Below, piece after piece: positions 12,602-28,400 of a stretch of 64,000 bases of DNA (position 1 is its first letter; the number at the start of each line of letters is the position of its first letter). The DNA is taken from NCBI GenBank assembly GCA_964057225.1, contig OZ059895.1:4960001-5024000 (forward strand), written 5' to 3'. Below the pieces are notes generated by a model, which worked only from the letters and a program-made list of their open reading frames with translations, was not told the origin of the DNA and searched no databases. The stretch comes from Auanema rhodensis. Its lineage: Eukaryota > Animalia > Nematoda. A program made the translations under genes and the position numbers.

Positions 12602-15045
12602 CATCGAATGCACTATACTACATTGAGAAACGCTTAATACAAAAATTAGTTATGATCGTTTGAAAAATGATGCATTAGTGTATGTTGAGTTTCCATGTAC
12701 ACTCAACATTGCTTCCAAAAACATTTTGACAAAAATTTTTTCGAAAAATTTCAAAATAATTTAGCAAAAAGTAGATGTTTTTAGATTCTTTTTTTCAAGG
12801 CAAAGACGATGGACAATGTTATTCAACGAAAAAATTAATTCTTCAGGGTGAAAATCGAGGATATAAGTGTGAACTTATATCAGTTGATATCTCGGTGCAT
12901 TTTCAAGCTAGCGCACATCTGATAACACAGATCGACGCAGCTTAAAAATCCGCATCGAATGCACTATACTTCTTTGAGAAACGCTTAATACAAAACTTAG
13001 TTATGATCGTTTGAAAAATGATGCATTAGTGTATGTTGAGTTTCCATGTACACTCAACATTGCTTCCAAAAACATTTTGACAAAAATTTTTTCGAAAAAT
13101 TTCAAAATAATTTAGCAAAAAGTAGATGTTTTTAGATTCTTTTTTTCAAGGCAAAGACGATGGACAATGTTATTCAACGAAAAAATTAATTCTTCAGGGT
13201 GAAAATCGAGGATATAAGTGTGAACTTATATCAGTTGATATCTCGGTGCATTTTCAAGCTAGCGCAAATCTGATAACACAGATCGACGCAGCTTAAAAAT
13301 CCGCATCGAATGCACTATACTACATTGAGAAACGCTTAATACAAAAATTAGTTATGATCGTTTGAAAAATGATGCATTAGTGTATGTTGAGTTTCCATGT
13401 ACACTCAACATTGCTTCCAAAAACATTTTGACAAAAATTTTTTCGAAAAATTTCAAGATAATTTAGCAAAAAGTAGATGTTTTTAGATTCTTTTTTTCAA
13501 GGCAAAGACGATGGACAATGTTATTCAACGAAAAAATTAATTCTTCAGGGTGAAAATCGAGGATATAAGTGTGAACTTATATCAGTTGATATCTCGGTGC
13601 ATTTTCAAGCTAGCGCAAATCTGATAACACAGATCGACGCAGCTTAAAAATCCGCATCGAATGCACTATACTACATTGAAAAACGCTTAATACAAAAATT
13701 AGTTATGATCGTTTGAAAAATGATGCATTAGTGTATGTTGAGTTTCCATGTACACTCAACATTGCTTCCAAAAACATTTTGACAAAAATTTTTTCGAAAA
13801 ATTTCAAAATAATTTAGCAAAAAGTAGATGTTTTTAGATTCTTTTTTTCAAGGCAAAGACGATGGACAATGTTATTCAACGAAAAAATTAATTCTTCAGG
13901 GTGAAAATCGAGGATATAAGTGTGAACTTATATCAGTTGATATCTCGGTGCATTTTCAAGCTTGCGCAAATCTGATAACACAGATCGACGCAGCTTAAAA
14001 ATCCGCATCGAATGCACTATACTACATTGAAAAACGCTTAATACAAAAATTAGTTATGATCGTTTGAAAAATGATGCATTAGTGTATGTTGAGTTTCCAT
14101 GTACACTCAACATTGCTTCCAAAAACATTTTGACAAAAATTTTTTCGAAACATTTCAAAATAATTTAGCAAAAAGTAGATGTTTTTAGATTCTTTTTTTC
14201 AAGGCAAAGACGATGGACAATGTTATTCAACGAAAAAATTAATTCTTCAGGGTGAAAATCGAGGATATAAGTGTGAACTTATATCAGTTGATATCTCGGT
14301 GCATTTTCAAGCTTGCGCAAATCTGATAACACAGATCGATGCAGCTTAAAAATCCGCATCGAATGAACTATACTTCTTTGAGAAACGCTTAATACAAAAC
14401 TTAGTTATGATCGTTTGAAAAATGATGCATTAGTGTATGTTGAGTTTCCATGTACACTCAACATTGCTTCCAAAAACATTTTGACAAAAATTTTTTCGAA
14501 AAATTTCAAGATAATTTAGCAAAAAGTAGATGTTTTTAGATTCTTTTTTTCAAGGCAAAGACGATGGACAATGTTATTCAACGAAAAAATTAATTCTTCA
14601 GGGTGAAAATCGAGGATATAAGTGTGAACTTATATCAGTTGATATCTCGGTGCATTTTCAAGCTAGCGCACATCTGATAACACAGATCGACGCAGCTTAA
14701 AAATCCGCATCGAATGCACTATACTTCATTGAGAAACGCTTAATACAAAAATTAGTTATGATCGTTTGAAAAATGATGCATTAGTGTATGTTGAGTTTCC
14801 ATGTACACTCAACATTGCTTCCAAAAACATTTTGACAAAAATTTTTTCGAAACATTTCAAAATAATTTAGCAAAAAGTAGATGTTTTTAGATTCTTTTTT
14901 TCAAGGCAAAGACGATGGACAATGTTATTCAACGAAAAAATTAATTCTTCAGGGTGAAAATCGAGGATATAAGTGTGAACTTATATCAGTTGATATCTCG
15001 GTGCATTTTCAAGCTTGCGCAAATCTGATAACACAGATCGACGCA

Positions 15046-15478
15046 ACATACACTAATGCATCATTTTTCAAACGATCATAACTAATTTTTGTATTAAGCG
15101 TTTCTCAAAGAAGTATAGTGCATTCGATGCGGATTTTTAAGCTGCGTCGATCTGTGTTATCAGATGTGCGCTAGCTTGAAAATGCACCGAGATATCAACT
15201 GATATAAGTTCACACTTATATCCTCGATTTTCACCCTGAAGAATTAATTTTTTCGTCTTCACTGATGGCTTGACTGAGCTATCCACGTGGGTGGTGTATT
15301 TCTCATCCAGGCATGGTAGATGGGCGAATGGAGAATCGAGTATTGGGAGCTCAGATAAGATGTCGGCTCTTTCAGTGTGCGTCATGGAGCAACCGGAGGC
15401 AAGACGCTCGAAGTCGGCAAGTTCGGAACCGGAGAGGCGGACTACAGGCCTGGTTCTAGGTCCTTGAGATTCTGGTTT
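15046..15478. repeat. Composite insertion copy 5
   Basis: Same junctions; offset 2877 = 7x351+420. Confidence 0.95.
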
Positions 15479-16869
15479 CATCGAATGCACTATACTACAT
15501 TGAGAAACGCTTAATACAAAAATTAGTTATGATCGTTTGAAAAATGATGCATTAGTGTATGTTGAGTTTCCATGTACACTCAACATTGCTTCCAAAAACA
15601 TTTTGACAAAAATTTTTTCGAAAAATTTCAAAATAATTTAGCAAAAAGTAGATGTTTTTAGATTCTTTTTTTCAAGGCAAAGACGATGGACAATGTTATT
15701 CAACGAAAAAATTAATTCTTCAGGGTGAAAATCGAGGATATAAGTGTGAACTTATATCAGTTGATATCTCGGTGCATTTTCAAGCTAGCGCACATCTGAT
15801 AACACAGATCGACGCAGCTTAAAAATCCGCATCGAATGCACTATACTTCTTTGAGAAACGCTTAATACAAAACTTAGTTATGATCGTTTGAAAAATGATG
15901 CATTAGTGTATGTTGAGTTTCCATGTACACTCAACATTGCTTCCAAAAACATTTTGACAAAAATTTTTTCGAAAAATTTCAAAATAATTTAGCAAAAAGT
16001 AGATGTTTTTAGATTCTTTTTTTCAAGGCAAAGACGATGGACAATGTTATTCAACGAAAAAATTAATTCTTCAGGGTGAAAATCGAGGATATAAGTGTGA
16101 ACTTATATCAGTTGATATCTCGGTGCATTTTCAAGCTAGCGCAAATCTGATAACACAGATCGACGCAGCTTAAAAATCCGCATCGAATGCACTATACTTC
16201 ATTGAGAAACGCTTAATACAAAAATTAGTTATGATCGTTTGAAAAATGATGCATTAGTGTATGTTGAGTTTCCATGTACACTCAACATTGCTTCCAAAAA
16301 CATTTTGACAAAAATTTTTTCGAAACATTTCAAAATAATTTAGCAAAAAGTAGATGTTTTTAGATTCTTTTTTTCAAGGCAAAGACGATGGACAATGTTA
16401 TTCAACGAAAAAATTAATTCTTCAGGGTGAAAATCGAGGATATAAGTGTGAACTTATATCAGTTGATATCTCGGTGCATTTTCAAGCTTGCGCAAATCTG
16501 ATAACACAGATCGACGCAGCTTAAAAATCCGCATCGAATGCACTATACTTCGTTGAGAAACGCTTAATACAAAAATTAGTTATGATCGTTTGAAAAATGA
16601 TGCATTAGTGTATGTTGAGTTTCCATGTACACTCAACATTGCTTCCAAAAACATTTTGACAAAAATTTTTTCGAAACATTTCAAAATAATTTAGCAAAAA
16701 GTAGATGTTTTTAGATTCTTTTTTTCAAGGCAAAGACGATGGACAATGTTATTCAACGAAAAAATTAATTCTTCAGGGTGAAAATCGAGGATATAAGTGT
16801 GAACTTATATCAGTTGATATCTCGGTGCATTTTCAAGCTTGCGCAAATCTGATAACACAGATCGACGCA

Positions 16870-17302
16870 ACATACACTAATGCATCATTTTTCAAACGAT
16901 CATAACTAATTTTTGTATTAAGCGTTTCTCAAAGAAGTATAGTGCATTCGATGCGGATTTTTAAGCTGCGTCGATCTGTGTTATCAGATGTGCGCTAGCT
17001 TGAAAATGCACCGAGATATCAACTGATATAAGTTCACACTTATATCCTCGATTTTCACCCTGAAGAATTAATTTTTTCGTCTTCACTGATGGCTTGACTG
17101 AGCTATCCACGTGGGTGGTGTATTTCTCATCCAGGCATGGTAGATGGGCGAATGGAGAATCGAGTATTGGGAGCTCAGATAAGATGTCGGCTCTTTCAGT
17201 GTGCGTCATGGAGCAACCGGAGGCAAGACGCTCGAAGTCGGCAAGTTCGGAACCGGAGAGGCGGACTACAGGCCTGGTTCTAGGTCCTTGAGATTCTGGT
17301 TT
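16870..17302. repeat. Composite insertion copy 6
   Basis: Same junctions; offset 1824 = 4x351+420. Confidence 0.95.
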
Positions 17303-19044
17303 CATCGAATGCACTATACTACATTGAGAAACGCTTAATACAAAAATTAGTTATGATCGTTTGAAAAATGATGCATTAGTGTATGTTGAGTTTCCATGTA
17401 CACTCAACATTGCTTCCAAAAACATTTTGACAAAAATTTTTTCGAAAAATTTCAAAATAATTTAGCAAAAAGTAGATGTTTTTAGATTCTTTTTTTCAAG
17501 GCAAAGACGATGGACAATGTTATTCAACGAAAAAATTAATTCTTCAGGGTGAAAATCGAGGATATAAGTGTGAACTTATATCAGTTGATATCTCGGTGCA
17601 TTTTCAAGCTAGCGCACATCTGATAACACAGATCGACGCAGCTTAAAAATCCGCATCGAATGCACTATACTTCTTTGAGAAACGCTTAATACAAAACTTA
17701 GTTATGATCGTTTGAAAAATGATGCATTAGTGTATGTTGAGTTTCCATGTACACTCAACATTGCTTCCAAAAACATTTTGACAAAAATTTTTTCGAAAAA
17801 TTTCAAAATAATTTAGCAAAAAGTAGATGTTTTTAGATTCTTTTTTTCAAGGCAAAGACGATGGACAATGTTATTCAACGAAAAAATTAATTCTTCAGGG
17901 TGAAAATCGAGGATATAAGTGTGAACTTATATCAGTTGATATCTCGGTGCATTTTCAAGCTAGCGCAAATCTGATAACACAGATCGACGCAGCTTAAAAA
18001 TCCGCATCGAATGCACTATACTTCATTGAGAAACGCTTAATACAAAAATTAGTTATGATCGTTTGAAAAATGATGCATTAGTGTATGTTGAGTTTCCATG
18101 TACACTCAACATTGCTTCCAAAAACATTTTGACAAAAATTTTTTCGAAACATTTCAAAATAATTTAGCAAAAAGTAGATGTTTTTAGATTCTTTTTTTCA
18201 AGGCAAAGACGATGGACAATGTTATTCAACGAAAAAATTAATTCTTCAGGGTGAAAATCGAGGATATAAGTGTGAACTTATATCAGTTGATATCTCGGTG
18301 CATTTTCAAGCTAGCGCACATCTGATAACACAGATCGACGCAGCTTAAAAATCCGCATCGAATGCACTATACTTCTTTGAGAAACGCTTAATACAAAACT
18401 TAGTTATGATCGTTTGAAAAATGATGCATTAGTGTATGTTGAGTTTCCATGTACACTCAACATTGCTTCCAAAAACATTTTGACAAAAATGTTTTCGAAA
18501 AATTTCAAAATAATTTAGCAAAAAGTAGATGTTTTTAGATTTTTTTTTTCAAGGCAAAGACGATGGACAATGTTATTCAACGAAAAAATTAATTCTTCAG
18601 GGTGAAAATCGAGGATATAAGTGTGAACTTATATCAGTTGATATCTCGGTGCATTTTCAAGCTTGCGCAAATCTGATAACACAGATCGACGCAGCTTAAA
18701 AATCCGCATCGAATGCACTATACTTCATTGAGAAACGCTTAATACAAAAATTAGTTATGATCGTTTGAAAAATGATGCATTAGTGTATGTTGAGTTTCCA
18801 TGTACACTCAACATTGCTTCCAAAAACATTTTGACAAAAATTTTTTCGAAAAATTTCAAGATAATTTAGCAAAAAGTAGATGTTTTTAGATTCTTTTTTT
18901 CAAGGCAAAGACGATGGACAATGTTATTCAACGAAAAAATTAATTCTTCAGGGTGAAAATCGAGGATATAAGTGTGAACTTATATCAGTTGATATCTCGG
19001 TGCATTTTCAAGCTTGCGCAAATCTGATAACACAGATCGACGCA

Positions 19045-19477
19045 ACATACACTAATGCATCATTTTTCAAACGATCATAACTAATTTTTGTATTAAGCGT
19101 TTCTCAAAGAAGTATAGTGCATTCGATGCGGATTTTTAAGCTGCGTCGATCTGTGTTATCAGATGTGCGCTAGCTTGAAAATGCACCGAGATATCAACTG
19201 ATATAAGTTCACACTTATATCCTCGATTTTCACCCTGAAGAATTAATTTTTTCGTCTTCACTGATGGCTTGACTGAGCTATCCACGTGGGTGGTGTATTT
19301 CTCATCCAGGCATGGTAGATGGGCGAATGGAGAATCGAGTATTGGGAGCTCAGATAAGATGTCGGCTCTTTCAGTGTGCGTCATGGAGCAACCGGAGGCA
19401 AGACGCTCGAAGTCGGCAAGTTCGGAACCGGAGAGGCGGACTACAGGCCTGATTCTAGGTCCTTGAGATTCTGGTTT
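19045..19477. repeat. Composite insertion copy 7 (one G>A change at ~19452)
   Basis: Offset 2175 = 5x351+420. GGCCTGATTC instead of GGCCTGGTTC, matching the T>I change in the ORF track. Confidence 0.95.
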
Positions 19478-22400
19478 CATCGAATGCACTATACTACATT
19501 GAGAAACGCTTAATACAAAAATTAGTTATGATCGTTTGAAAAATGATGCATTAGTGTATGTTGAGTTTCCATGTACACTCAACATTGCTTCCAAAAACAT
19601 TTTGACAAAAATTTTTTCGAAAAATTTCAAAATAATTTAGCAAAAAGTAGATGTTTTTAGATTCTTTTTTTCAAGGCAAAGACGATGGACAATGTTATTC
19701 AACGAAAAAATTAATTCTTCAGGGTGAAAATCGAGGATATAAGTGTGAACTTATATCAGTTGATATCTCGGTGCATTTTCAAGCTTGCGCAAATCTGATA
19801 ACACAGATCGACGCAGCTTAAAAATCCGCATCGAATGCACTATACTTCATTGAGAAACGCTTAATACAAAAATTAGTTATGATCGTTTGAAAAATGATGC
19901 ATTAGTGTATGTTGAGTTTCCATGTACACTCAACATTGCTTCCAAAAACATTTTGACAAAAATTTTTTCGAAACATTTCAAAATAATTTAGCAAAAAGTA
20001 GATGTTTTTAGATTCTTTTTTTCAAGGCAAAGACGATGGACAATGTTATTCAACGAAAAAATTAATTCTTCAGGGTGAAAATCGAGGATATAAGTGTGAA
20101 CTTATATCAGTTGATATCTCGGTGCATTTTCAAGCTAGCGCAAATCTGATAACACAGATCGACGCAGCTTAAAAATCCGCATCGAATGCACTATACTACA
20201 TTGAGAAACGCTTAATACAAAACTTATTTATGATCGTTTGAAAAATGATGCATTAGTGTATGTTGAGTTTCCATGTACACTCAACATTGCTTCCAAAAAC
20301 ATTTTGACAAAAATTTTTTCGAAAAATTTCAAAATAATTTAGCAAAAAGTAGATGTTTTTAGATTCTTTTTTTCAAGGCAAAGACGATGGACAATGTTAT
20401 TCAACGAAAAAATTAATTCTTCAGGGTGAAAATCGAGGATATAAGTGTGAACTTATATCAGTTGATATCTCGGTGCATTTTCAAGCTAGCGCACATCTGA
20501 TAACACAGATCGACGCAGCTTAAAAATCCGCATCGAATGCACTATACTTCATTGAGAAACGCTTAATACAAAAATTAGTTATGATCGTTTGAAAAATGAT
20601 GCATTAGTGTATGTTGAGTTTCCATGTACACTCAACATTGCTTCCAAAAACATTTTGACAAAAATTTTTTCGAAACATTTCAAAATAATTTAGCAAAAAG
20701 TAGATGTTTTTAGATTCTTTTTTTCAAGGCAAAGACGATGGACAATGTTATTCAACGAAAAAATTAATTCTTCAGGGTGAAAATCGAGGATATAAGTGTG
20801 AACTTATATCAGTTGATATCTCGGTGCATTTTCAAGCTAGCGCACATCTGATAACACAGATCGACGCAGCTTAAAAATCCGCATCGAATGCACTATACTA
20901 CATTGAGAAACGCTTAATACAAAACTTATTTATGATCGTTTGAAAAATGATGCATTAGTGTATGTTGAGTTTCCATGTACACTCAACATTGCTTCCAAAA
21001 ACATTTTGACAAAAATTTTTTCGAAACATTTCAAAATAATTTAGCAAAAAGTAGATGTTTTTAGATTCTTTTTTTCAAGGCAAAGACGATGGACAATGTT
21101 ATTCAACGAAAAAATTAATTCTTCAGGGTGAAAATCGAGGATATAAGTGTGAACTTATATCAGTTGATATCTCGGTGCATTTTCAAGCTAGCGCAAATCT
21201 GATAACACAGATCGACGCAGCTTAAAAATCCGCATCGAATGCACTATACTACATTGAAAAACGCTTAATACAAAAATTAGTTATGATCGTTTGAAAAATG
21301 ATGCATTAGTGTATGTTGAGTTTCCATGTACACTCAACATTGCTTCCAAAAACATTTTGACAAAAATTTTTTCGAAAAATTTCAAGATAATTTAGCAAAA
21401 AGTAGATGTTTTTAGATTCTTTTTTTCAAGGCAAAGACGATGGACAATGTTATTCAACGAAAAAATTAATTCTTCAGGGTGAAAATCGAGGATATAAGTG
21501 TGAACTTATATCAGTTGATATCTCGGTGCATTTTCAAGCTAGCGCAAATCTGATAACACAGATCGACGCAGCTTAAAAATCCGCATCGAATGCACTATAC
21601 TACATTGAGAAACGCTTAATACAAAACTTAGTTATGATCGTTTGAAAAATGATGCATTAGTGTATGTTGAGTTTCCATGTACACTCAACATTGCTTCCAA
21701 AAACATTTTGACAAAAATTTTTTCGAAAAATTTCAAAATAATTTAGCAAAAAGTAGATGTTTTTAGATTCTTTTTTTCAAGGCAAAGACGATGGACAATG
21801 TTATTCAACGAAAAAATTAATTCTTCAGGGTGAAAATCGAGGATATAAGTGTGAACTTATATCAGTTGATATCTCGGTGCATTTTCAAGCTAGCGCACAT
21901 CTGATAACACAGATCGACGCAGCTTAAAAATCCGCATCGAATGCACTATACTTCATTGAGAAACGCTTAATACAAAAATTAGTTATGATCGTTTGAAAAA
22001 TGATGCATTAGTGTATGTTGAGTTTCCATGTACACTCAACATTGCTTCCAAAAACATTTTGACAAAAATTTTTTCGAAACATTTCAAAATAATTTAGCAA
22101 AAAGTAGATGTTTTTAGATTCTTTTTTTCAAGGCAAAGACGATGGACAATGTTATTCAACGAAAAAATTAATTCTTCAGGGTGAAAATCGAGGATATAAG
22201 TGTGAACTTATATCAGTTGATATCTCGGTGCATTTTCAAGCTTGCGCAAATCTGATAACACAGATCGACGCAGCTTAAAAATCCGCATCGAATGCACTAT
22301 ACTTCTTTGAGAAACGCTTAATACAAAACTTAGTTATGATCGTTTGAAAAATGATGCATTAGTGTATGTTGAGTTTCCATGTACACTCAACATTGCTTCC

Positions 22401-25400
22401 AAAAACATTTTGACAAAAATTTTTTCGAAAAATTTCAAGATAGTTTAGCAAAAAGTAGATGTTTTTAGATTCTTTTTTTCAAGGCAAAGACGATGGACAA
22501 TGTTATTCAACGAAAAAATTAATTCTTCAGGGTGAAAATCGAGGATATAAGTGTGAACTTATATCAGTTGATATCTCGGTGCATTTTCAAGCTAGCGCAA
22601 ATCTGATAACACAGATCGACGCAGCTTAAAAATCCGCATCGAATGCACTATACTTCATTGAGAAACGCTTAATACAAAAATTAGTTATGATCGTTTGAAA
22701 AATGATGCATTAGTGTATGTTGAGTTTCCATGTACACTCAACATTGCTTCCAAAAACATTTTGACAAAAATTTTTTCGAAACATTTCAAAATAATTTAGC
22801 AAAAAGTAGATGTTTTTAGATTCTTTTTTTCAAGGCAAAGACGATGGACAATGTTATTCAACGAAAAAATTAATTCTTCAGGGTGAAAATCGAGGATATA
22901 AGTGTGAACTTATATCAGTTGATATCTCGGTGCATTTTCAAGCTTGCGCAAATCTGATAACACAGATCGACGCAGCTTAAAAATCCGCATCGAATGCACT
23001 ATACTTCATTGAGAAACGCTTAATACAAAAATTAGTTATGATCGTTTGAAAAATGATGCATTAGTGTATGTTGAGTTTCCATGTACACTCAACATTGCTT
23101 CCAAAAACATTTTGACAAAAATTTTTTCGAAACATTTCAAAATAATTTAGCAAAAAGTAGATGTTTTTAGATTCTTTTTTTCAAGGCAAAGACGATGGAC
23201 AATGTTATTCAACGAAAAAATTAATTCTTCAGGGTGAAAATCGAGGATATAAGTGTGAACTTATATCAGTTGATATCTCGGTGCATTTTCAAGCTTGCGC
23301 AAATCTGATAACACAGATCGACGCAGCTTAAAAATCCGCATCGAATGCACTATACTTCATTGAGAAACGCTTAATACAAAAATTAGTTATGATCGTTTGA
23401 AAAATGATGCATTAGTGTATGTTGAGTTTCCATGTACACTCAACATTGCTTCCAAAAACATTTTGACAAAAATTTTTTCGAAACATTTCAAAATAATTTA
23501 GCAAAAAGTAGATGTTTTTAGATTCTTTTTTTCAAGGCAAAGACGATGGACAATGTTATTCAACGAAAAAATTAATTCTTCAGGGTGAAAATCGAGGATA
23601 TAAGTGTGAACTTATATCAGTTGATATCTCGGTGCATTTTCAAGCTTGCGCAAATCTGATAACACAGATCGACGCAGCTTAAAAATCCGCATCGAATGCA
23701 CTATACTTCATTGAGAAACGCTTAATACAAAAATTAGTTATGATCGTTTGAAAAATGATGCATTAGTGTATGTTGAGTTTCCATGTACACTCAACATTGC
23801 TTCCAAAAACATTTTGACAAAAATTTTTTCGAAACATTTCAAAATAATTTAGCAAAAAGTAGATGTTTTTAGATTCTTTTTTTCAAGGCAAAGACGATGG
23901 ACAATGTTATTCAACGAAAAAATTAATTCTTCAGGGTGAAAATCGAGGATATAAGTGTGAACTTATATCAGTTGATATCTCGGTGCATTTTCAAGCTTGC
24001 GCAAATCTGATAACACAGATCGACGCAGCTTAAAAATCCGCATCGAATGCACTATACTTCATTGAGAAACGCTTAATACAAAAATTAGTTATGATCGTTT
24101 GAAAAATGATGCATTAGTGTATGTTGAGTTTCCATGTACACTCAACATTGCTTCCAAAAACATTTTGACAAAAATTTTTTCGAAACATTTCAAAATAATT
24201 TAGCAAAAAGTAGATGTTTTTAGATTCTTTTTTTCAAGGCAAAGACGATGGACAATGTTATTCAACGAAAAAATTAATTCTTCAGGGTGAAAATCGAGGA
24301 TATAAGTGTGAACTTATATCAGTTGATATCTCGGTGCATTTTCAAGCTTGCGCAAATCTGATAACACAGATCGACGCAGCTTAAAAATCCGCATCGAATG
24401 CACTATACTTCATTGAGAAACGCTTAATACAAAAATTAGTTATGATCGTTTGAAAAATGATGCATTAGTGTATGTTGAGTTTCCATGTACACTCAACATT
24501 GCTTCCAAAAACATTTTGACAAAAATTTTTTCGAAACATTTCAAAATAATTTAGCAAAAAGTAGATGTTTTTAGATTCTTTTTTTCAAGGCAAAGACGAT
24601 GGACAATGTTATTCAACGAAAAAATTAATTCTTCAGGGTGAAAATCGAGGATATAAGTGTGAACTTATATCAGTTGATATCTCGGTGCATTTTCAAGCTT
24701 GCGCAAATCTGATAACACAGATCGACGCAGCTTAAAAATCCGCATCGAATGCACTATACTTCTTTGAGAAACGCTTGATACAAAACTTAGTTATGATCGT
24801 TTGAAAAATGATGCATTAGTGTATGTTGAGTTTCCATGTACACTCAACATTGCTTCCAAAAACATTTTGACAAAAACTTTTTCGAAACATTTCAAAATAA
24901 TTTAGCAAAAAGTAGATGTTTTTAGATTCTTTTTTTCAAGGCAAAGACGATGGACAATGTTATTCAACGAAAAAATTAATTCTTCAGGGTGAAAATCGAG
25001 GATATAAGTGTGAACTTATATCAGTTGATATCTCGGTGCATTTTCAAGCTAGCGCAAATCTGATAACACAGATCGACGCAGCTTAAAAATCCGCATCGAA
25101 TGCACTATACTTCATTGAGAAACGCTTAATACAAAAATTAGTTATGATCGTTTGAAAAATGATGCATTAGTGTATGTTGAGTTTCCATGTACACTCAATA
25201 TTGCTTCCAAAAACATTTTGACAAAAATTTTTTCGAAACATTTCAAAATAATTTAGCAAAAAGTAGATGTTTTTAGATTCTTTTTTTCAAGGCAAAGACG
25301 ATGGACAATGTTATTCAACGAAAAAATTAATTCTTCAGGGTGAAAATCGAGGATATAAGTGTGAACTTATATCAGTTGATATCTCGGTGCATTTTCAAGC

Positions 25401-28400
25401 TTGCGCAAATCTGATAACACAGATCGACGCAGCTTAAAAATCCGCATCGAATGCACTATACTTCATTGAGAAACGCTTAATACAAAAATTAGTTATGATC
25501 GTTTGAAAAATGATGCATTAGTGTATGTTGAGTTTCCATGTACACTCAACATTGCTTCCAAAAACATTTTGACAAAAATTTTTTCGAAACATTTCAAAAT
25601 AATTTAGCAAAAAGTAGATGTTTTTAGATTCTTTTTTTCAAGGCAAAGACGATGGACAATGTTATTCAACGAAAAAATTAATTCTTCAGGGTGAAAATCG
25701 AAGATATAAGTGTGAACTTATATCAGTTGATATCTCGGTGCATTTTCAAGCTTGCGCAAATCTGATAACACAGATCGACGCAGCTTAAAAATCCGCATCG
25801 AATGCACTATACTTCATTGAGAAACGCTTAATACAAAAATTAGTTATGATCGTTTGAAAAATGATGCATTAGTGTATGTTGAGTTTCCATGTACACTCAA
25901 CATTGCTTCCAAAAACATTTTGACAAAAATTTTTTCGAAACATTTCAAAATAATTTAGCAAAAAGTAGATGTTTTTAGATTCTTTTTTTCAAGGCAAAGA
26001 CGATGGACAATGTTATTCAACGAAAAAATTAATTCTTCAGGGTGAAAATCGAGGATATAAGTGTGAACTTATATCAGTTGATATCTCGGTGCATTTTCAA
26101 GCTAGCGCAAATCTGATAACACAGATCGACGCAGCTTAAAAATCCGCATCGAATGCACTATACTTCATTGAGAAACGCTTAATACAAAAATTAGTTATGA
26201 TCGTTTGAAAAATGATGCATTAGTGTATGTTGAGTTTCCATGTACACTCAACATTGCTTCCAAAAACATTTTGACAAAAATTTTTTCGAAACATTTCAAA
26301 ATAATTTAGCAAAAAGTAGATGTTTTTAGATTCTTTTTTTCAAGGCAAAGACGATGGACAATGTTATTCAACGAAAAAATTAATTCTTCAGGGTGAAAAT
26401 CGAAGATATAAGTGTGAACTTATATCAGTTGATATCTCGGTGCATTTTCAAGCTTGCGCAAATCTGATAACACAGATCGACGCAGCTTAAAAATCCGCAT
26501 CGAATGCACTATACTTCATTGAGAAACGCTTAATACAAAAATTAGTTATGATCGTTTGAAAAATGATGCATTAGTGTATGTTGAGTTTCCATGTACACTC
26601 AACATTGCTTCCAAAAACATTTTGACAAAAATTTTTTCGAAACATTTCAAAATAATTTAGCAAAAAGTAGATGTTTTTAGATTCTTTTTTTCAAGGCAAA
26701 GACGATGGACAATGTTATTCAACGAAAAAATTAATTCTTCAGGGTGAAAATCGAGGATATAAGTGTGAACTTATATCAGTTGATATCTCGGTGCATTTTC
26801 AAGCTAGCGCAAATCTGATAACACAGATCGACGCAGCTTAAAAATCCGCATCGAATGCACTATACTTCATTGAGAAACGCTTAATACAAAAATTAGTTAT
26901 GATCGTTTGAAAAATGATGCATTAGTGTATGTTGAGTTTCCATGTACACTCAACATTGCTTCCAAAAACATTTTGACAAAAATTTTTTCGAAACATTTCA
27001 AAATAATTTAGCAAAAAGTAGATGTTTTTAGATTCTTTTTTTCAAGGCAAAGACGATGGACAATGTTATTCAACGAAAAAATTAATTCTTCAGGGTGAAA
27101 ATCGAAGATATAAGTGTGAACTTATATCAGTTGATATCTCGGTGCATTTTCAAGCTTGCGCAAATCTGATAACACAGATCGACGCAGCTTAAAAATCCGC
27201 ATCGAATGCACTATACTTCATTGAGAAACGCTTAATACAAAAATTAGTTATGATCGTTTGAAAAATGATGCATTAGTGTATGTTGAGTTTCCATGTACAC
27301 TCAACATTGCTTCCAAAAACATTTTGACAAAAATTTTTTCGAAACATTTCAAAATAATTTAGCAAAAAGTAGATGTTTTTAGATTCTTTTTTTCAAGGCA
27401 AAGACGATGGACAATGTTATTCAACGAAAAAATTAATTCTTCAGGGTGAAAATCGAGGATATAAGTGTGAACTTATATCAGTTGATATCTCGGTGCATTT
27501 TCAAGCTTGCGCAAATCTGATAACACAGATCGACGCAGCTTAAAAATCCGCATCGAATGCACTATACTACATTGAGAAACGCTTAATACAAAAATTAGTT
27601 ATGATCGTTTGAAAAATGATGCATTAGTGTATGTTGAGTTTCCATGTACACTCAACATTGCTTCCAAAAACATTTTGACAAAAATTTTTTCGAAAAATTT
27701 CAAAATAATTTAGCAAAAAGTAGATGTTTTTAGATTCCTTTTTTTAAGGCAAAGATGATGGACAATGTTATTCAACAAAAAAATTAATTCTTCAGGGTGA
27801 AAATCGAGGATATAAGTGTGAACTTATATCAGTAGATATCTCGGTGCATTTTTAAGCCAGCGCAAATCTGATAACACAGATCGACGCAGCTTAAAAATCC
27901 GCATCGAATGCACTATACTACATTGAGAAACGCTTAATACAAAAATTAGTTATGATCGTTTGAAAAATGATGCATTAGTGTATGTTGAGTTTCCATGTAC
28001 ACTCAACATTGCTTCCAAAAACATTTTGACAAAAATTTTTTCGAAAAATTTCAAAATAATTTAGCAAAAAGTAGATGTTTTTAGATTCTTTTTTTTAAGG
28101 CAAAAATGATGGACAATGTTATAAAACGAAAAAATTAATTCTTCAGGGTGAAAATCGAGGATATAAGTGTGAACTTATATCAGTTGATATCTCGGTGCAT
28201 TTTTAAGCCAGCGCAAATCTGATAACACAGATCGACGCAGCTTAAAAATCCGCATCGAATGCACTATACTACATTGAAAAACGCTTGATACAATAATTAG
28301 TTATGATCGTTTGAAAAATAATGCATTAGTGTATGTTGAGTTTCCATGTACACTCAACATTGCTTCCAAAAACATTTTGACAAAAATTTTTTCGAAAAAT

